The notes beneath the pieces were generated by a model. The model did not search any database, had not been told where the DNA came from, and was given only the letters and a program-made list of their open reading frames with translations. The translations under genes and the position numbers were made by a program. A stretch of DNA of 54,997 bases from Phycisphaerales bacterium (lineage in GTDB: Bacteria > Planctomycetota > Phycisphaerae > Phycisphaerales > UBA1924): assembly GCA_038240875.1 (NCBI GenBank), contig JBBRGG010000001.1, positions 1-54,997 on the forward strand. The letters run 5' to 3'. Shown here piece by piece: positions 45,117 to 54,997 of the stretch. How positions within the stretch are numbered: position 1 is the stretch's first letter; each line of letters opens with the position of its first letter.

Positions 45117-46093
45117 ACCAACGCGCTCAGGTCCTGATCAGCGACATCCACCGCGCGGTGCAAGACATTCTTTCGCGAGGCTTGCAAGATCCGCGCGTAC
45201 GCGGGCTCGTCACCGTCACCAAGGTCACCATGGATGATGACATGACCCTCGCGGTGATCTATATCTCTGTGTATCCGCACGACCGCGAAACGCTCGTGCT
45301 TCATGGCATTTCCAATGCGGCCAAGTTCATCCGCCGCGAAGCCGGTGAAACCGTCCGCGCTCGCACGCTGCCCACCTTCATGTTCAAGCTCGATACCACG
45401 CTCAAAACGCAGGCCAACATCATCGACGCATTGCTCAAGGCCAACGAGGGTGAGTCCACCGCTCCGGGTACGTGGGGTCCAGCGGTTGTCGCGCCCGCTT
45501 CAGATGAGCCCGATGCGCAAGCCAGTATGCATTCCAATGCGACGACGCGCACGCCGAGCGCTACACCCGCTGGAAGTTGGCCCGCGCGAAAGCCTGCAGC
45601 ACTCGTTAAACCGGGTTCTTTGCCTGTGGCACAATCAGGGAAAAAGATCGCCGATGTGGATGTAAATGAGTACGGAGCGGACATGGTTGATGACTTTGAC
45701 TTCGCCGAAGCGCCGCGTAAGCCACGTGGGGGCGATCGCGCGAATCGTGATACTGCTTCGGCTGGCTCGCGTGGCTCAAAATCAAAATCAAACGCGGAGA
45801 AGCCGGCTGCTTCTGGTAAGCGTGCCAGATCAGGCAAGCAAGCTGGCTCAGGCAAGCAAGCTGGCTCATCGAGCAAGTACAAAGACGGCACGAAGGGTTC
45901 GGTCGCCAAAGGTACTTCTCCCAAACGTGCTTCCAATCGCCGCTCTGAAGCTGCGGCTGTCCAGCTCGCACCCAAAGCATTAACGCGTGCCAAGCGATTG
46001 GCGTTGGGCAATACTTCGGCACCAGTTCGCCAGCCAGCCAAAGATTCTAAATCGAATTCCAAGCCCGCAGCCCGGCGTCGTACGTCCAAGTAA
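45113..46093 (+). CDS. rbfA: Ribosome-binding factor A with a ~200-aa basic C-terminal extension
   Basis: AGGAGG lies 6 nt upstream of TTG 45113, which overlaps the DUF503 stop (TTGA). The core is RAQVLISDIHRAVQDILSRGLQDPRVRGLVTVTKVTMDDDMTLAVIYISV...AAKFIRREAGETVRARTLPTFMFKLD. It is followed by a K/S/A/R-rich tail. Confidence 0.85.
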   Translation: MNQRAQVLISDIHRAVQDILSRGLQDPRVRGLVTVTKVTMDDDMTLAVIYISVYPHDRETLVLHGISNAAKFIRREAGETVRARTLPTFMFKLDTTLKTQANIIDALLKANEGESTAPGTWGPAVVAPASDEPDAQASMHSNATTRTPSATPAGSWPARKPAALVKPGSLPVAQSGKKIADVDVNEYGADMVDDFDFAEAPRKPRGGDRANRDTASAGSRGSKSKSNAEKPAASGKRARSGKQAGSGKQAGSSSKYKDGTKGSVAKGTSPKRASNRRSEAAAVQLAPKALTRAKRLALGNTSAPVRQPAKDSKSNSKPAARRRTSK

Positions 46094-46167
46094 GCCCGAA
46101 CGCAACGCAGCTCTTGTCCCGCCGCTGATCTCGATACATTCAAGCTTGTCCATCGCGCGAGAACATA

Positions 46168-47436
46168 GTGAGCAGACAACACGACAATTCCAAAAAACTT
46201 GCTCCTCTGCTTCGCAAGTTGCGGACACGCTTTGGTGCTGCAGTATTGCCAATCGCACCATTTGCTGAATCACACGCTTCGCACGCGGTTGTAAACGCTG
46301 CACAACAACCTGCTATTTCTGTAAGTCATGCAACCGCTGACTTGGCTACACCAGCGTCTGCTGCGCAACCCAATTCATCTGGCGGGTCCAACTCATCCAG
46401 CGGATCAACTTCGTTCGGCTCGGTATTCGCGAAGGAAACCATCCTACTGGAGCTGGTCTTTGCGCTCTTGGCGTGGAATGCATCGACCAAGCAAGCCCAT
46501 GCCGCCCTTTCGCGCATCGGCGAGAGTGTTGTTGATTTCAATGAGCTGCGGGTGTGCGACGAGGACGAGATCGAAGCACTTTTCGCCTGCGACAACTACC
46601 ACTATGCAGCCGAGCGAGCCGCGCGCATTCGTGCCGCTCTCAACGACGTGTTTCGGCGTCAGCATGGCATGACGCTCGCGGGCCTGCGTGAAGCACCAAA
46701 GCGTGAAGCTCGCCACTTTCTCGAATCAATCGATGGCGTGCCGCGATATGCAGCTGCTCGTGTTGCGTGTGGCGTGCTTGGCGTGCATGCGGTGCCGGTG
46801 GATGATCGCCTGCGCGATTTGCTTGCGCGCGAATCGGTTGTCGCACAGAGCGCGAGCGTGGACGAAGCCTCGAACATGCTCGAACGCGCAATTGCCTCAG
46901 CGGAATCACACGCCGTCGTCGCGTTGTTGTTTGCATGGTCGGACGCGGAAGGCTCAAAGGAACTGTCTGAACTTGCCGGCGACAACGCCGTTGTGAAACG
47001 TGATCTAGCCGCAGATCCCCATGACACGGACGCGACGCATCTACCGCGGCTGCACCCCAAGAAGCCCTCGAAGTCGTCCGTGGCAGCAGCCTCCAAACAG
47101 CTTGCTAAACCCACGCCGAAACCGACGCCTAAACCAACCACAAAGCCAGCACGGCGGGCAACCAAATCGGCAGGCACAACCGATGAATTCTTGCCTGCTA
47201 CAACTACCACAACGACTACCACTCTCAACAGCACCAAGTCCAAATCCGCACGCATTAAAAACTCTGCTGCGAAAGATAGAGCAACCGGGGCATCTCCAGC
47301 AAACGACGACGATAGCAAACTTGCCGTCAAACCTGCCGTCAAACCAGCAGCCAAACCAGCAGCCAAACCCACTGATAATCAATCCAAATCTAATCCTTCG
47401 GCCTCTTCATCGCCACGCACGCGGCAGCGGAGCTGA
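46168..47436 (+). CDS. Hypothetical protein, possibly HhH/endonuclease-III-fold-related, with a K/P/A-rich tail
   Basis: ILLELVFALLAWNASTKQAHAALSRI...ELRVCDEDEIEALF....ERAARIRAALNDV......FLESIDGVPRYAAARV has the spacing of an HhH-GPD-like helical domain, but I see no catalytic Asp/Lys or FeS Cys motif. The tail carries KPTPKPTPKPTTKP and AVKPAVKPAAKPAAKP repeats. Confidence 0.4.
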   Translation: MSRQHDNSKKLAPLLRKLRTRFGAAVLPIAPFAESHASHAVVNAAQQPAISVSHATADLATPASAAQPNSSGGSNSSSGSTSFGSVFAKETILLELVFALLAWNASTKQAHAALSRIGESVVDFNELRVCDEDEIEALFACDNYHYAAERAARIRAALNDVFRRQHGMTLAGLREAPKREARHFLESIDGVPRYAAARVACGVLGVHAVPVDDRLRDLLARESVVAQSASVDEASNMLERAIASAESHAVVALLFAWSDAEGSKELSELAGDNAVVKRDLAADPHDTDATHLPRLHPKKPSKSSVAAASKQLAKPTPKPTPKPTTKPARRATKSAGTTDEFLPATTTTTTTTLNSTKSKSARIKNSAAKDRATGASPANDDDSKLAVKPAVKPAAKPAAKPTDNQSKSNPSASSSPRTRQRS

Positions 47437-47658
47437 TACCACCAACTCGCTTTCATACAAGAGTGAGACGCCCGAAGCACGATTACCAATCGTCCCGCTG
47501 CCCAATCACTACGTACATACGCTTCTACGTCTCATCGGCAAGGTACAAGGCCTTATAGGCTCATGCAGGCCGAAGCAGGCTCGTAGCAGGCGAAACTGTG
47601 CAACCCGCCGTCGTACACGCTGGCATTCAGTGTTCTTTGCCCCACATACCCACACGCC

Positions 47659-50600
47659 ATGCAAGACACCCACACACACAATATCGACGCTCGCTCGCAC
47701 GCGGAACTCGAAGCCACACATTCGTTACACGCCGCGGCTGTCACTCGCGGCCTTAAGCCCGTGAACTCGGTTTCACGCGCCCCAACACACAGTAACCGAT
47801 TGTTGGCGTTCGCGCTCTTTGCTCTCGCAGGTGGGTTGCATGGCTGCGCGACCAAGATCGTGAAGTATCCTGATACATTAGCGCCCAACACCAACTCGGC
47901 GACACAAGGCCGTACGATTGCAAGTGCACGACTTGCACTTCTCGCGCGAGCGGGTGAGCTTGATTCGACTCCCGTTGTAGTGCGTGAAACTTCGGCCATA
48001 GAAGGCATCGAGATCGCCGCGCTACCTCCTGGGCTTGATGCAGCGACGATTACGCCATTCCAAATGAATGAGCTCGGCTCCGATTCGCCACGAATGCTCA
48101 CGTTGTTCGCTGTCGTCAAGTCGTTGCTTGCAAAGACAAACATCGACGCCGAACCACAGCCTGTAAACATCGACGCAAATCCAAATGCAGAACCAAACGC
48201 AAAACCAAATTTAAACGCAGTAGCTCCAGCTGCGCAGGCTGATGTTCAGGAAGATGAGAAGACCGACGCGTTTCGTTTGTATACATCGGGTCGTTTGGCG
48301 CTCAAGGCCAAGGACGCGGAGCAAGCCGCCACAGATTTAGAGTCGGCAGCCCGACTCGATCCTAACGCGCCCGAGATCTGGCGCTCACTCGGCGAAGCGC
48401 AGATCGCGCTAGGGCGACGTGCTTCCGGGCTTGCGTCCCTTCGCAAGGCGGCAACCCTCGGGCTTCGTGAGCCGGGTATGCTCTTTACGCTCGCGCGCGA
48501 AGCACGACGAAGCAACAAGCACGATCAAGCCGCGACGATCTATGCACAGATCCTTCATGATGCTTCGCTCATCAACGCCGAAGCCGATTCAAATGCTGGA
48601 CGTGGGATCTTTATCGATAAAACTGTCATCGATAAAGCTGTCATCGATCCTGGTTTAGCGATGCTCTGCTTCCTTGATCTCGCCGGCGCACTCGACGCGC
48701 TGGGCTATAGCAGTGCGTCTCTTGAATCGCTGATGAATGGCTTGGAGATCTCGCTCAACCAAGTCTCGACGACGCGCTACCGCGACGAAGCTTCCGAAGC
48801 CGTGCGCTATCGCAGCTCGCAATGGATGGCTGGTGGCGACCTAGCTATGCGTCTAAACAACGCAGGCGTTGCGCGAAAGATGTACGACCAAGCCGCGCGT
48901 GGCACGATGCTCGATCCCGCGCCGCTCCTGGCTCGTCGAGTACACGCGGCGCTTCAAGCCGGCAACCCCGCTCGGGCCGCAATCGCCGTGGTCGATGACA
49001 TCACGCGCATGCGTGGCCGCGTCGATGAACGCCAGATTGACCTCATCGCGTTCCTCGTACAGCAACCCACGTCGCGCCAGGCAGGAATCGGCCCGCTGCT
49101 CGCCAATTGCATCGGCATCGATACCGATGCAACGATTGCTCCATCGACCGAAACAACTCCTGCTATCGAAGCGACTCGCACGATCCGCGTACGCCTCGCG
49201 CTCGCGCAGGCCGCCGCATATTCCGCTGAACCAAGCAATGAACCCGCGCGAAACGCGCTACGTCGTTTGCTCGCTGAAGATCCGCTCGATGGCGATCTGC
49301 TCCTCGCGCTGACCCAGATGCACGATGAGAATTCGAGCACTACAGATCGTGCCGCCGACGCATACGCCATCGTCGATCAAGCACCACTTGCGGCCTTTGT
49401 CGCCGCGAATGTGCTTCTTGCCGATGGCCGTGTCGCTGCAGACGTAGCTTCGCGTCCAGCATCAATTAACATCGGCGAAGCACTCGTTCAAGCCGCGCTC
49501 TTGACGCGCGTCGGCAAGGGCAGCGTAGCGCTGGAACGCATTCGCACAATTGTCGAAGTTAACCCATCCCACCCCGCCGTCCTTTCGATCGCGATTCAGA
49601 TCGCTTCGACACAGGGCGCATGGAGCGATATGGCTCGCTGGCTCGATGCTCTTGAACCTCTGCAAGGCATTGGCGCGCTTCGGTCAAAGGTCGCGGCGTA
49701 CATGGCTGCACAGCGCAGCGATGACGCGCGATCAGCCTCTTTTGAACTTCTCGCGCCGGTGTTGTCTCTCGCCGAAGTTGCTTCGCATGCGAGTTCGTCG
49801 ATGAGCACGCCTGCGGGACAAGCTTCAGTTACCGAGCAATATCCGCTCACGGTTTCGGACATGTTGCTCGGTGCCCAGCTTGCTCTAGTTGCCTCAAACA
49901 AGTCCGAAGCCGAGCGATTGGTAACCGCGGCGATCAAGCTTGATCGCTTCGATGAGCGCGGCTACGAAGCGGCATTCCAGTTCTATGGCCCTTTGAGCCC
50001 CGCCACGAATCAAGCTATGGTTTCGCAAACCGGCGCAACTCTTCGACAAATGATTCCAGGTAGCCGATTCATTCGCCTTGTATCAACGCAGGAGCTCGCG
50101 TCTCGATCACTCTGGAAGCAAGTTGCCGAACAAGCCGAGCAACTGCTTGAACCTAACATCGAATCGCCGAACGTTCTGGACATGTACGCGACAGCAATCG
50201 AGCGTTCCGCAGCGACCAATCCAGCCGTCGCCGAAGTTGCAGAATCCAATCTTCAAGCGCGCCACAAGGCTCGCGCGCAAAGCCCGTTGCTCACCATCGC
50301 GCTCGCACGTGTTTTGGCAGCACGCGACAAGGGCGATGAAGCCGACACGCTCCTCGAGCGTTCGTACGGGAAACTCGCAATTCCCGAACTCGCTCGCGCG
50401 CGCGAACGGCTCCTTCGCTACACGTTGGCAAAGCCACAAGCCGCCGACGCTCTCACGCGAGCGCGACTCGACGCCGCCCCCAAAAACATCGAGAACACGC
50501 TCGAACTTGCCGAGTTCCACAAGGAGCAAAATCAATACGCTACGGCCGCCACTACCCTTCGCGAGAACCTACCTACCACGGTTCGGCTCACCCGTGCACA

Positions 50601-51792
50601 CGCATCGCGCCTCGTGCAATTGGTCGCGGGCTTCACCCAGGAATCGATTACGAAAAATAGCCCTTCAACTGCGGCTGGCATTCTCGACCTTCTCGATGCG
50701 GTCGCATCGCGCGACGAAGTCCGCCTTCCCGAACAACTCGACGCCGCGCGGGTCGCGCTCTTAGCGCAGACCGTGCCCGAAGACACACGCAGGCTCCTTG
50801 ATGCCTGTAAAGAATTTGCAAAGCGGCATCCCGCGCGAGCCCTACCAACCTATGGCACAATCGCCGAAGCGTTACTCACGCGCGACAACCCCGCAGCCGC
50901 ACTCGCCTTCCTTCGCGGCGCGAGCTCTGAAATCAATCCACCCAGCGACCTGATCCTATTTGAAACCTATCGCCTGACCGTACTGCGTGGCACGCGCGAC
51001 GATCACCTCGCGCTCCCCATCGAGATCAACGAGCCGATTCGTATCGCGATGCTTGTCACTACTATCACCGGCAATAAGCCGCCATCGATGGAGCCCGCCA
51101 GACTTCGCGCCGAGATCTATTACCTCATCGGTAACGCCCTTTCATCCATCAACAAAGTCGACGATGGCCACGCCTTGTACGACGCGGCACTCACGCTCGA
51201 ACCTATGCACCCGTGGGTCAACAACAATTACGGTTACGCCTTGTTGACAAAGGGTGGCGACTTTGAGCGCGCCCGCAGCATGATCGAGATCGCCTTCGCT
51301 AGCAAGCCCAACGAACCATCTATCATCGATTCGATGGGCTGGGTTCGCTATATGGAAAACCGCCTCGTAACCAAGTACAATGCCGATGGCACCATTATCG
51401 AACGCGGCGCACTCGATCTGCTCGCGGTTGCCGCCAATCTTGCCGATGAAGACTCCGCGACTGAAGTCTACTGCCATCTTGGCGACGCCCTTTGGCGTGC
51501 GGGCCAAAACGACCAGGCTCTTATCCACTGGAACACCGCGTTTAAAGCTGGCAAGGCGCGCCTGCGCGAGCTTGATTCCCTCCGCAAGCTACGCGGCCAA
51601 CAGCAACAAGAAGAGGAAGATCCCGCCATCGAGTCTCGCTTTGAAATCGAAATCACCACCCTCACTCAACGACTGGAAGCCAAGATCAACGCCGCTTCGC
51701 AAGGCAAGAAGCCACCTGTCGCCGAACAAATCGGCCTGAAGCCGCTGCTGGTTCCCAAAGCCGTGCCAGAAGTCGTACCCGGCATGCCCTGA
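47659..51792 (+). CDS. Very large (1377 aa) TPR-repeat protein, probable lipoprotein
   Basis: N-terminal hydrophobic segment LLAFALFALAGGLHGCA with Cys after a lipobox-like site. TPR-like helices occur throughout (for example AEQAATDLESAARLDPNAPEIWRSLGEAQIALGR and HALYDAALTLEPMHPWVNNNYGYALL). Confidence 0.7.
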   Translation: MQDTHTHNIDARSHAELEATHSLHAAAVTRGLKPVNSVSRAPTHSNRLLAFALFALAGGLHGCATKIVKYPDTLAPNTNSATQGRTIASARLALLARAGELDSTPVVVRETSAIEGIEIAALPPGLDAATITPFQMNELGSDSPRMLTLFAVVKSLLAKTNIDAEPQPVNIDANPNAEPNAKPNLNAVAPAAQADVQEDEKTDAFRLYTSGRLALKAKDAEQAATDLESAARLDPNAPEIWRSLGEAQIALGRRASGLASLRKAATLGLREPGMLFTLAREARRSNKHDQAATIYAQILHDASLINAEADSNAGRGIFIDKTVIDKAVIDPGLAMLCFLDLAGALDALGYSSASLESLMNGLEISLNQVSTTRYRDEASEAVRYRSSQWMAGGDLAMRLNNAGVARKMYDQAARGTMLDPAPLLARRVHAALQAGNPARAAIAVVDDITRMRGRVDERQIDLIAFLVQQPTSRQAGIGPLLANCIGIDTDATIAPSTETTPAIEATRTIRVRLALAQAAAYSAEPSNEPARNALRRLLAEDPLDGDLLLALTQMHDENSSTTDRAADAYAIVDQAPLAAFVAANVLLADGRVAADVASRPASINIGEALVQAALLTRVGKGSVALERIRTIVEVNPSHPAVLSIAIQIASTQGAWSDMARWLDALEPLQGIGALRSKVAAYMAAQRSDDARSASFELLAPVLSLAEVASHASSSMSTPAGQASVTEQYPLTVSDMLLGAQLALVASNKSEAERLVTAAIKLDRFDERGYEAAFQFYGPLSPATNQAMVSQTGATLRQMIPGSRFIRLVSTQELASRSLWKQVAEQAEQLLEPNIESPNVLDMYATAIERSAATNPAVAEVAESNLQARHKARAQSPLLTIALARVLAARDKGDEADTLLERSYGKLAIPELARARERLLRYTLAKPQAADALTRARLDAAPKNIENTLELAEFHKEQNQYATAATTLRENLPTTVRLTRAHASRLVQLVAGFTQESITKNSPSTAAGILDLLDAVASRDEVRLPEQLDAARVALLAQTVPEDTRRLLDACKEFAKRHPARALPTYGTIAEALLTRDNPAAALAFLRGASSEINPPSDLILFETYRLTVLRGTRDDHLALPIEINEPIRIAMLVTTITGNKPPSMEPARLRAEIYYLIGNALSSINKVDDGHALYDAALTLEPMHPWVNNNYGYALLTKGGDFERARSMIEIAFASKPNEPSIIDSMGWVRYMENRLVTKYNADGTIIERGALDLLAVAANLADEDSATEVYCHLGDALWRAGQNDQALIHWNTAFKAGKARLRELDSLRKLRGQQQQEEEDPAIESRFEIEITTLTQRLEAKINAASQGKKPPVAEQIGLKPLLVPKAVPEVVPGMP

Positions 51793-51905
51793 TCGCACCA
51801 TATAGTTTGTGGTGTGTACATTGCCCTTTGATTCAATCTGGCATTGCAAACGAAATTTCAGCGTGCAAACCGCGCTCGCCGTGCGAACACCCAAGGACTT
51901 CACTC

Positions 51906-52691
51906 GTGGCAGGACACAACAAATGGAGCAAGATCAAGCACCGCAAGGCGCAAGTCGAAAAGAAAAAGACCAAGCTCTGGAGCAAGATCTCGCGCGCCAT
52001 TATGGTCGCCGCTCGTAACGGCGGCGGTGATCCCGAAACCAATCTCTCACTCCGTTACGCCATCGATGAAGCACGCTACGCCAACATGCCCCGTGACACC
52101 ATCGAGCGCGCGGTCAAAAAAGGTACCGGCGATGGCGATCAATCCAGCTTCGAGACCGTTCGCTACGAAGGCTACTCACCCGGCGGCATCGCAGTCGTTG
52201 TCGATGCCCTCACCGATAATCGAACCCGCACTATCGTCGATGTTCGTAACAGCTTCCTCGATGTCGGCGGCAACGTCGGCGCATCCGGATGCGTTGCCTA
52301 TATGTTCCAGCCACGAGGCATCATCATCGTCTCAGGCAAAGGCCTAACCGAAGATCGCCTTCTCGAAATCGTGATCGACGCGGGCGCACTCGACGTGCAC
52401 TCAACTCTCGATCCCGACGCCGATCCGCACGCAGACCCCGATGACCCAGAAGACGATAGTGGCGTTCGCGCCTTTGAAGTGACAACCCAAGTCGCTGCCT
52501 TCGGCGCCGTGCGCGATGCTGCGGAACGTGCCAATCTCACGATTGTTGCTGCCGAACTTACGATGATCCCCGACACGATCACCGCCGTCGCAGGCGAACA
52601 TGCAAAGAGCGTGCTCGCGCTTGTCGATGCGCTCGAAGACCTCGACGACGTGCAAAAGGTCTACACCAACGCCGACATACACGACGAATAA
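51906..52691 (+). CDS. YebC/PmpR-family transcriptional regulator
   Basis: A GTG start at 51906 gives MAGHNKWSKIKHRKAQVEKKKTKLWSKISRAIMVAARNGGGDPETNLSLRYAIDEARYANMPRDTIERAVKKGTG, the canonical family N-terminus. There is a small acidic insertion (DPDADPHADPDDPEDD). Confidence 0.9.
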   Translation: MAGHNKWSKIKHRKAQVEKKKTKLWSKISRAIMVAARNGGGDPETNLSLRYAIDEARYANMPRDTIERAVKKGTGDGDQSSFETVRYEGYSPGGIAVVVDALTDNRTRTIVDVRNSFLDVGGNVGASGCVAYMFQPRGIIIVSGKGLTEDRLLEIVIDAGALDVHSTLDPDADPHADPDDPEDDSGVRAFEVTTQVAAFGAVRDAAERANLTIVAAELTMIPDTITAVAGEHAKSVLALVDALEDLDDVQKVYTNADIHDE

Positions 52692-52726
52692 TGACTGTTT
52701 CCAAACAACACTCGCACGCTCACTCT

Positions 52727-54406
52727 CTACAACCTGCTCGCCGCCAGGCTTGCCAATTCGCTGCGCTCGCTCTTTGTAAGTGATACGTGGGCGAACAAGC
52801 GCACGCCCTTCATCTTCTCAACCGCGTAAGCGAGCCCGTTGCTTGAACTATCCAAGTATGGGTTGTCGATCTGGCCGATGTCGCCCGTCAGGACCAGCTT
52901 GGTCCCTTCGCCGATTCGGCTTGCAATCGTTTTGACCTCGTGTGGCGTCAGGTTCTGCGCCTCATCAACGATCATGAACTGATGCGGAATGCTTCGCCCA
53001 CGAATGTACGTCAATGGTTCGAGCACGAGCTTGCCGTCGGCCATCAGCTTCTGGATCCGTTGCTCGCTTGAGTTGCTCTCCGCTGCTTGCGAGTGGCTTC
53101 CCCGCGTGCTTAGCAAGTACCCAAGATTATCGAAAATCGGCTGCATCCATGCAGATAATTTCTCGTCCTTATCACCAGGTAAATAGCCAATATCCCGCCC
53201 CATCGGCATGATCGGCCTTGCCACCAGCAGCTTGTCAAATCGCTCCTCATTAAATACCTTGGCCATCCCCGCCGCTACCGCGAGCAGCGTCTTGCCCGTG
53301 CCCGCGCTCCCCAATAGCGTCACCATCTTAATCTCGTCATCCAAGAGCACGTCCATCGCCATCGTCTGCTGCACGTTCCTTGGCAAAATTCCGTAAACCG
53401 GCTTGCGCGGCGCCGCAACAGGAATTACATGGTCCGTATCCCCAAGCCGTCGGCACAAGCCCGTGTGGTTCTCGTCGCTCTCATCCTTGAGCACCACAAA
53501 CTGATTTGGCTGCAGCAATCGCCCCACTTCATGATCGCCACGCTCGCCACGATCTAGTCTGTACTCGCGATCATCCTGCTCTCGCAGCATCGGCTCTAAT
53601 CGATCAAGGCTCAACAACCGATCACGGTACAACTCATCGATCATGCCGCCATCGACCGACGCATTCAAAAACCCGGTGTACAGCCGATCGGCGTCGACTT
53701 TCTGATTGGAAAAATCCTCAGTCTTGACTCCCAGCGCATCAGCCTTGATCCGCGCCGAAAGGTCCTTGGTCACAAAGACCGTGCGCACGCCCTGCTTGTG
53801 TAACTGGTACGCGACCACAATAATGCGGTTATCCGGCATCTCTTCCACGAGCATCACAGGCCGCGTGTACGTGTTCACGTCGATCCGCACCGTGCCAGTC
53901 TGCCCGATCGGCGCGGCGTTGGACCCGGATCGCACACCAAGTATGCCCCAATTCACGCCTTCGCTTAGCTTGCCAACCGCGCGCAAGCGATCAAGATTGC
54001 GAATCGCGGCACGCGCGTTACGCCCAAGGTCGTCATCCTTGCGCTTCATCTTGTCGAGCTCTTCGATCACCGTGAAGGGCACTACAACGTGGTGCTCCTT
54101 AAACACAAAGAGCGCATCGGGATTGTGCAACAGCACATTAGTGTCGAGAACAAAAGTCTTCACGCCCGTTTCTTCCAAGACAACAACCTCGCGCATCACT
54201 GCGGCAATCGCGTCATTCTTTGCTCGCGCCGCCGGAGATGACTTGATTCGCTGTTCACCCATCCCCGTCGTATCGGCTGCCTGCCGCTCGCTGTTTGAAG
54301 GTTCAATCTCGGCACGCTCACTCTTTGGAGCCAGTGCCGAAGCATGAGCCGAACTTGAATGAACACCTTGTACGCTCGTGCCTCGTTGAGTCATGGCACC
54401 CCGCAA
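52727..54406 (-). CDS. PhoH2-type protein: N-terminal PIN domain fused to a PhoH-like ATPase
   Basis: PIN domain: KTFVLDTNVLLHNPDALF...VVVPFTVIEELD. PhoH domain: Walker A LLGSAGTGKTLLA, Walker B FMIVDEAQNLT and TGDIGQID. The first ~48 aa are low complexity, so the start may be ATG 54262. Confidence 0.85.
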   Translation of the reverse strand: MRGAMTQRGTSVQGVHSSSAHASALAPKSERAEIEPSNSERQAADTTGMGEQRIKSSPAARAKNDAIAAVMREVVVLEETGVKTFVLDTNVLLHNPDALFVFKEHHVVVPFTVIEELDKMKRKDDDLGRNARAAIRNLDRLRAVGKLSEGVNWGILGVRSGSNAAPIGQTGTVRIDVNTYTRPVMLVEEMPDNRIIVVAYQLHKQGVRTVFVTKDLSARIKADALGVKTEDFSNQKVDADRLYTGFLNASVDGGMIDELYRDRLLSLDRLEPMLREQDDREYRLDRGERGDHEVGRLLQPNQFVVLKDESDENHTGLCRRLGDTDHVIPVAAPRKPVYGILPRNVQQTMAMDVLLDDEIKMVTLLGSAGTGKTLLAVAAGMAKVFNEERFDKLLVARPIMPMGRDIGYLPGDKDEKLSAWMQPIFDNLGYLLSTRGSHSQAAESNSSEQRIQKLMADGKLVLEPLTYIRGRSIPHQFMIVDEAQNLTPHEVKTIASRIGEGTKLVLTGDIGQIDNPYLDSSSNGLAYAVEKMKGVRLFAHVSLTKSERSELASLAASRL

Positions 54407-54575
54407 CTCGACATGACCAAAGCCATGTCAATCGTGTTTGGGTACGCGGTCTGGGCGGCGTGGACGCTCCGTCGTCCTCCGGTCTCGCCGCCTTCGCAGT
54501 CCGATTACGTCTCAGTCTATCGACTCTATCGCACCCGCGTATTCATCGAATTACCATAACGCAAACTTCACACGC

Positions 54576-54997
54576 TTAGCCCCCTCGCAACCGCTTGGCC
54601 TGCGACAGTTGCTCCACAATTCCAGATAATACAACCCGGACCTGCGTCCCCTCATCCATGTTCTTGAGCGTCCCCTCGGTGACACTCTCAACGATCAACG
54701 CATATCGCGTGTGCATTCCCCCGGCTTCCTGCAGCAACTTTCCCACATTCCGTGTCGCCTTATACGTTTGCCGCGCATGCATCCCAGCATCCCGGCACGC
54801 CGCCACGATTCCACCGACAATCTGCTCGGCCTCGGGCTCTCCATTGCTCGCCACATACACATCAGGCCGCAATCCCGCTCGCTCAGCCAGCGCGGCACCC
54901 TCGGGCATCATGCCTTTATCTTGCATAACCAGCGACAACACCACATCGCCCATCCCAAATCCAACCGCAGGCGTAGCCGGCCCGCCAAACAATTCAA
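54576..54997 (-). CDS. hisS: Histidine--tRNA ligase, C-terminal part (5' end beyond the window)
   Basis: The motif-3 region FGGPATPAVGFGMGDVVLSL is followed by an anticodon-binding-domain-like segment (DVYVASNGEP...AACRDAGMHA...KATRNVGKLLQEAGGMHTRYALIV). The reading frame continues open to position 54997. Confidence 0.85.
   Translation of the reverse strand, partial: ELFGGPATPAVGFGMGDVVLSLVMQDKGMMPEGAALAERAGLRPDVYVASNGEPEAEQIVGGIVAACRDAGMHARQTYKATRNVGKLLQEAGGMHTRYALIVESVTEGTLKNMDEGTQVRVVLSGIVEQLSQAKRLRGG

Overview
This window reads as ordinary chromosomal core from a moderately high-GC bacterium. Gene content and style suggest Planctomycetota, but that is inference only: scattered flagellar genes, an rpsL-rpsG pair without fusA/tuf, a Tat-signal PhoX-like protein, and many proteins with long low-complexity or basic tails.

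Recognisable genes:
- Translation and transcription: rpsL, rpsG, prfA, a nusA-infB-DUF503-rbfA cluster, a hisS fragment, tRNA-Gly(GCC), a YebC-family regulator, holB.
- Flagellar: fliD-fliS, and a solitary fliM.
- Metabolism: thrC, UDP-glucose 6-dehydrogenase, aat, MazG-like, class II glutamine amidotransferase, YdcJ/DUF1338, PhoX-like.
- Envelope and redox: TolC-like lipoprotein fragment, DsbD-like reductase, a YHS-like/peroxiredoxin fusion, a NatAB-like ABC pair.
- Other: two paralogous methyltransferases, FIST, PIN-PhoH, and a giant TPR lipoprotein.

I found no transposase, integrase, phage genes, cas genes, toxin-antitoxin pair or recognisable defence island. I cannot point to a convincing new protein-based system.

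The most unusual signal is non-coding. A strand-consistent two-hairpin repeat family sits directly 3' of three + strand genes (about 10.4, 12.1 and 34.2-34.7 kb). At the third site it is expanded into a 5.5-unit tandem array beside tRNA-Gly. At the first two sites it is tied to a roughly 0.5-kb segmental duplication that left a stop-riddled peroxiredoxin 3' fragment.

Secondary oddities:
- an aldehyde-dehydrogenase-like protein with the catalytic domain missing;
- several short tandem repeats in regulatory spacers;
- two unusually long non-coding stretches, upstream of fliD and upstream of nusA;
- long basic tails on RbfA, DUF503 and one methyltransferase.

All functional calls come from reading the translated ORFs for motifs. 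No database search was run. Several start codons were re-picked by eye and remain uncertain.
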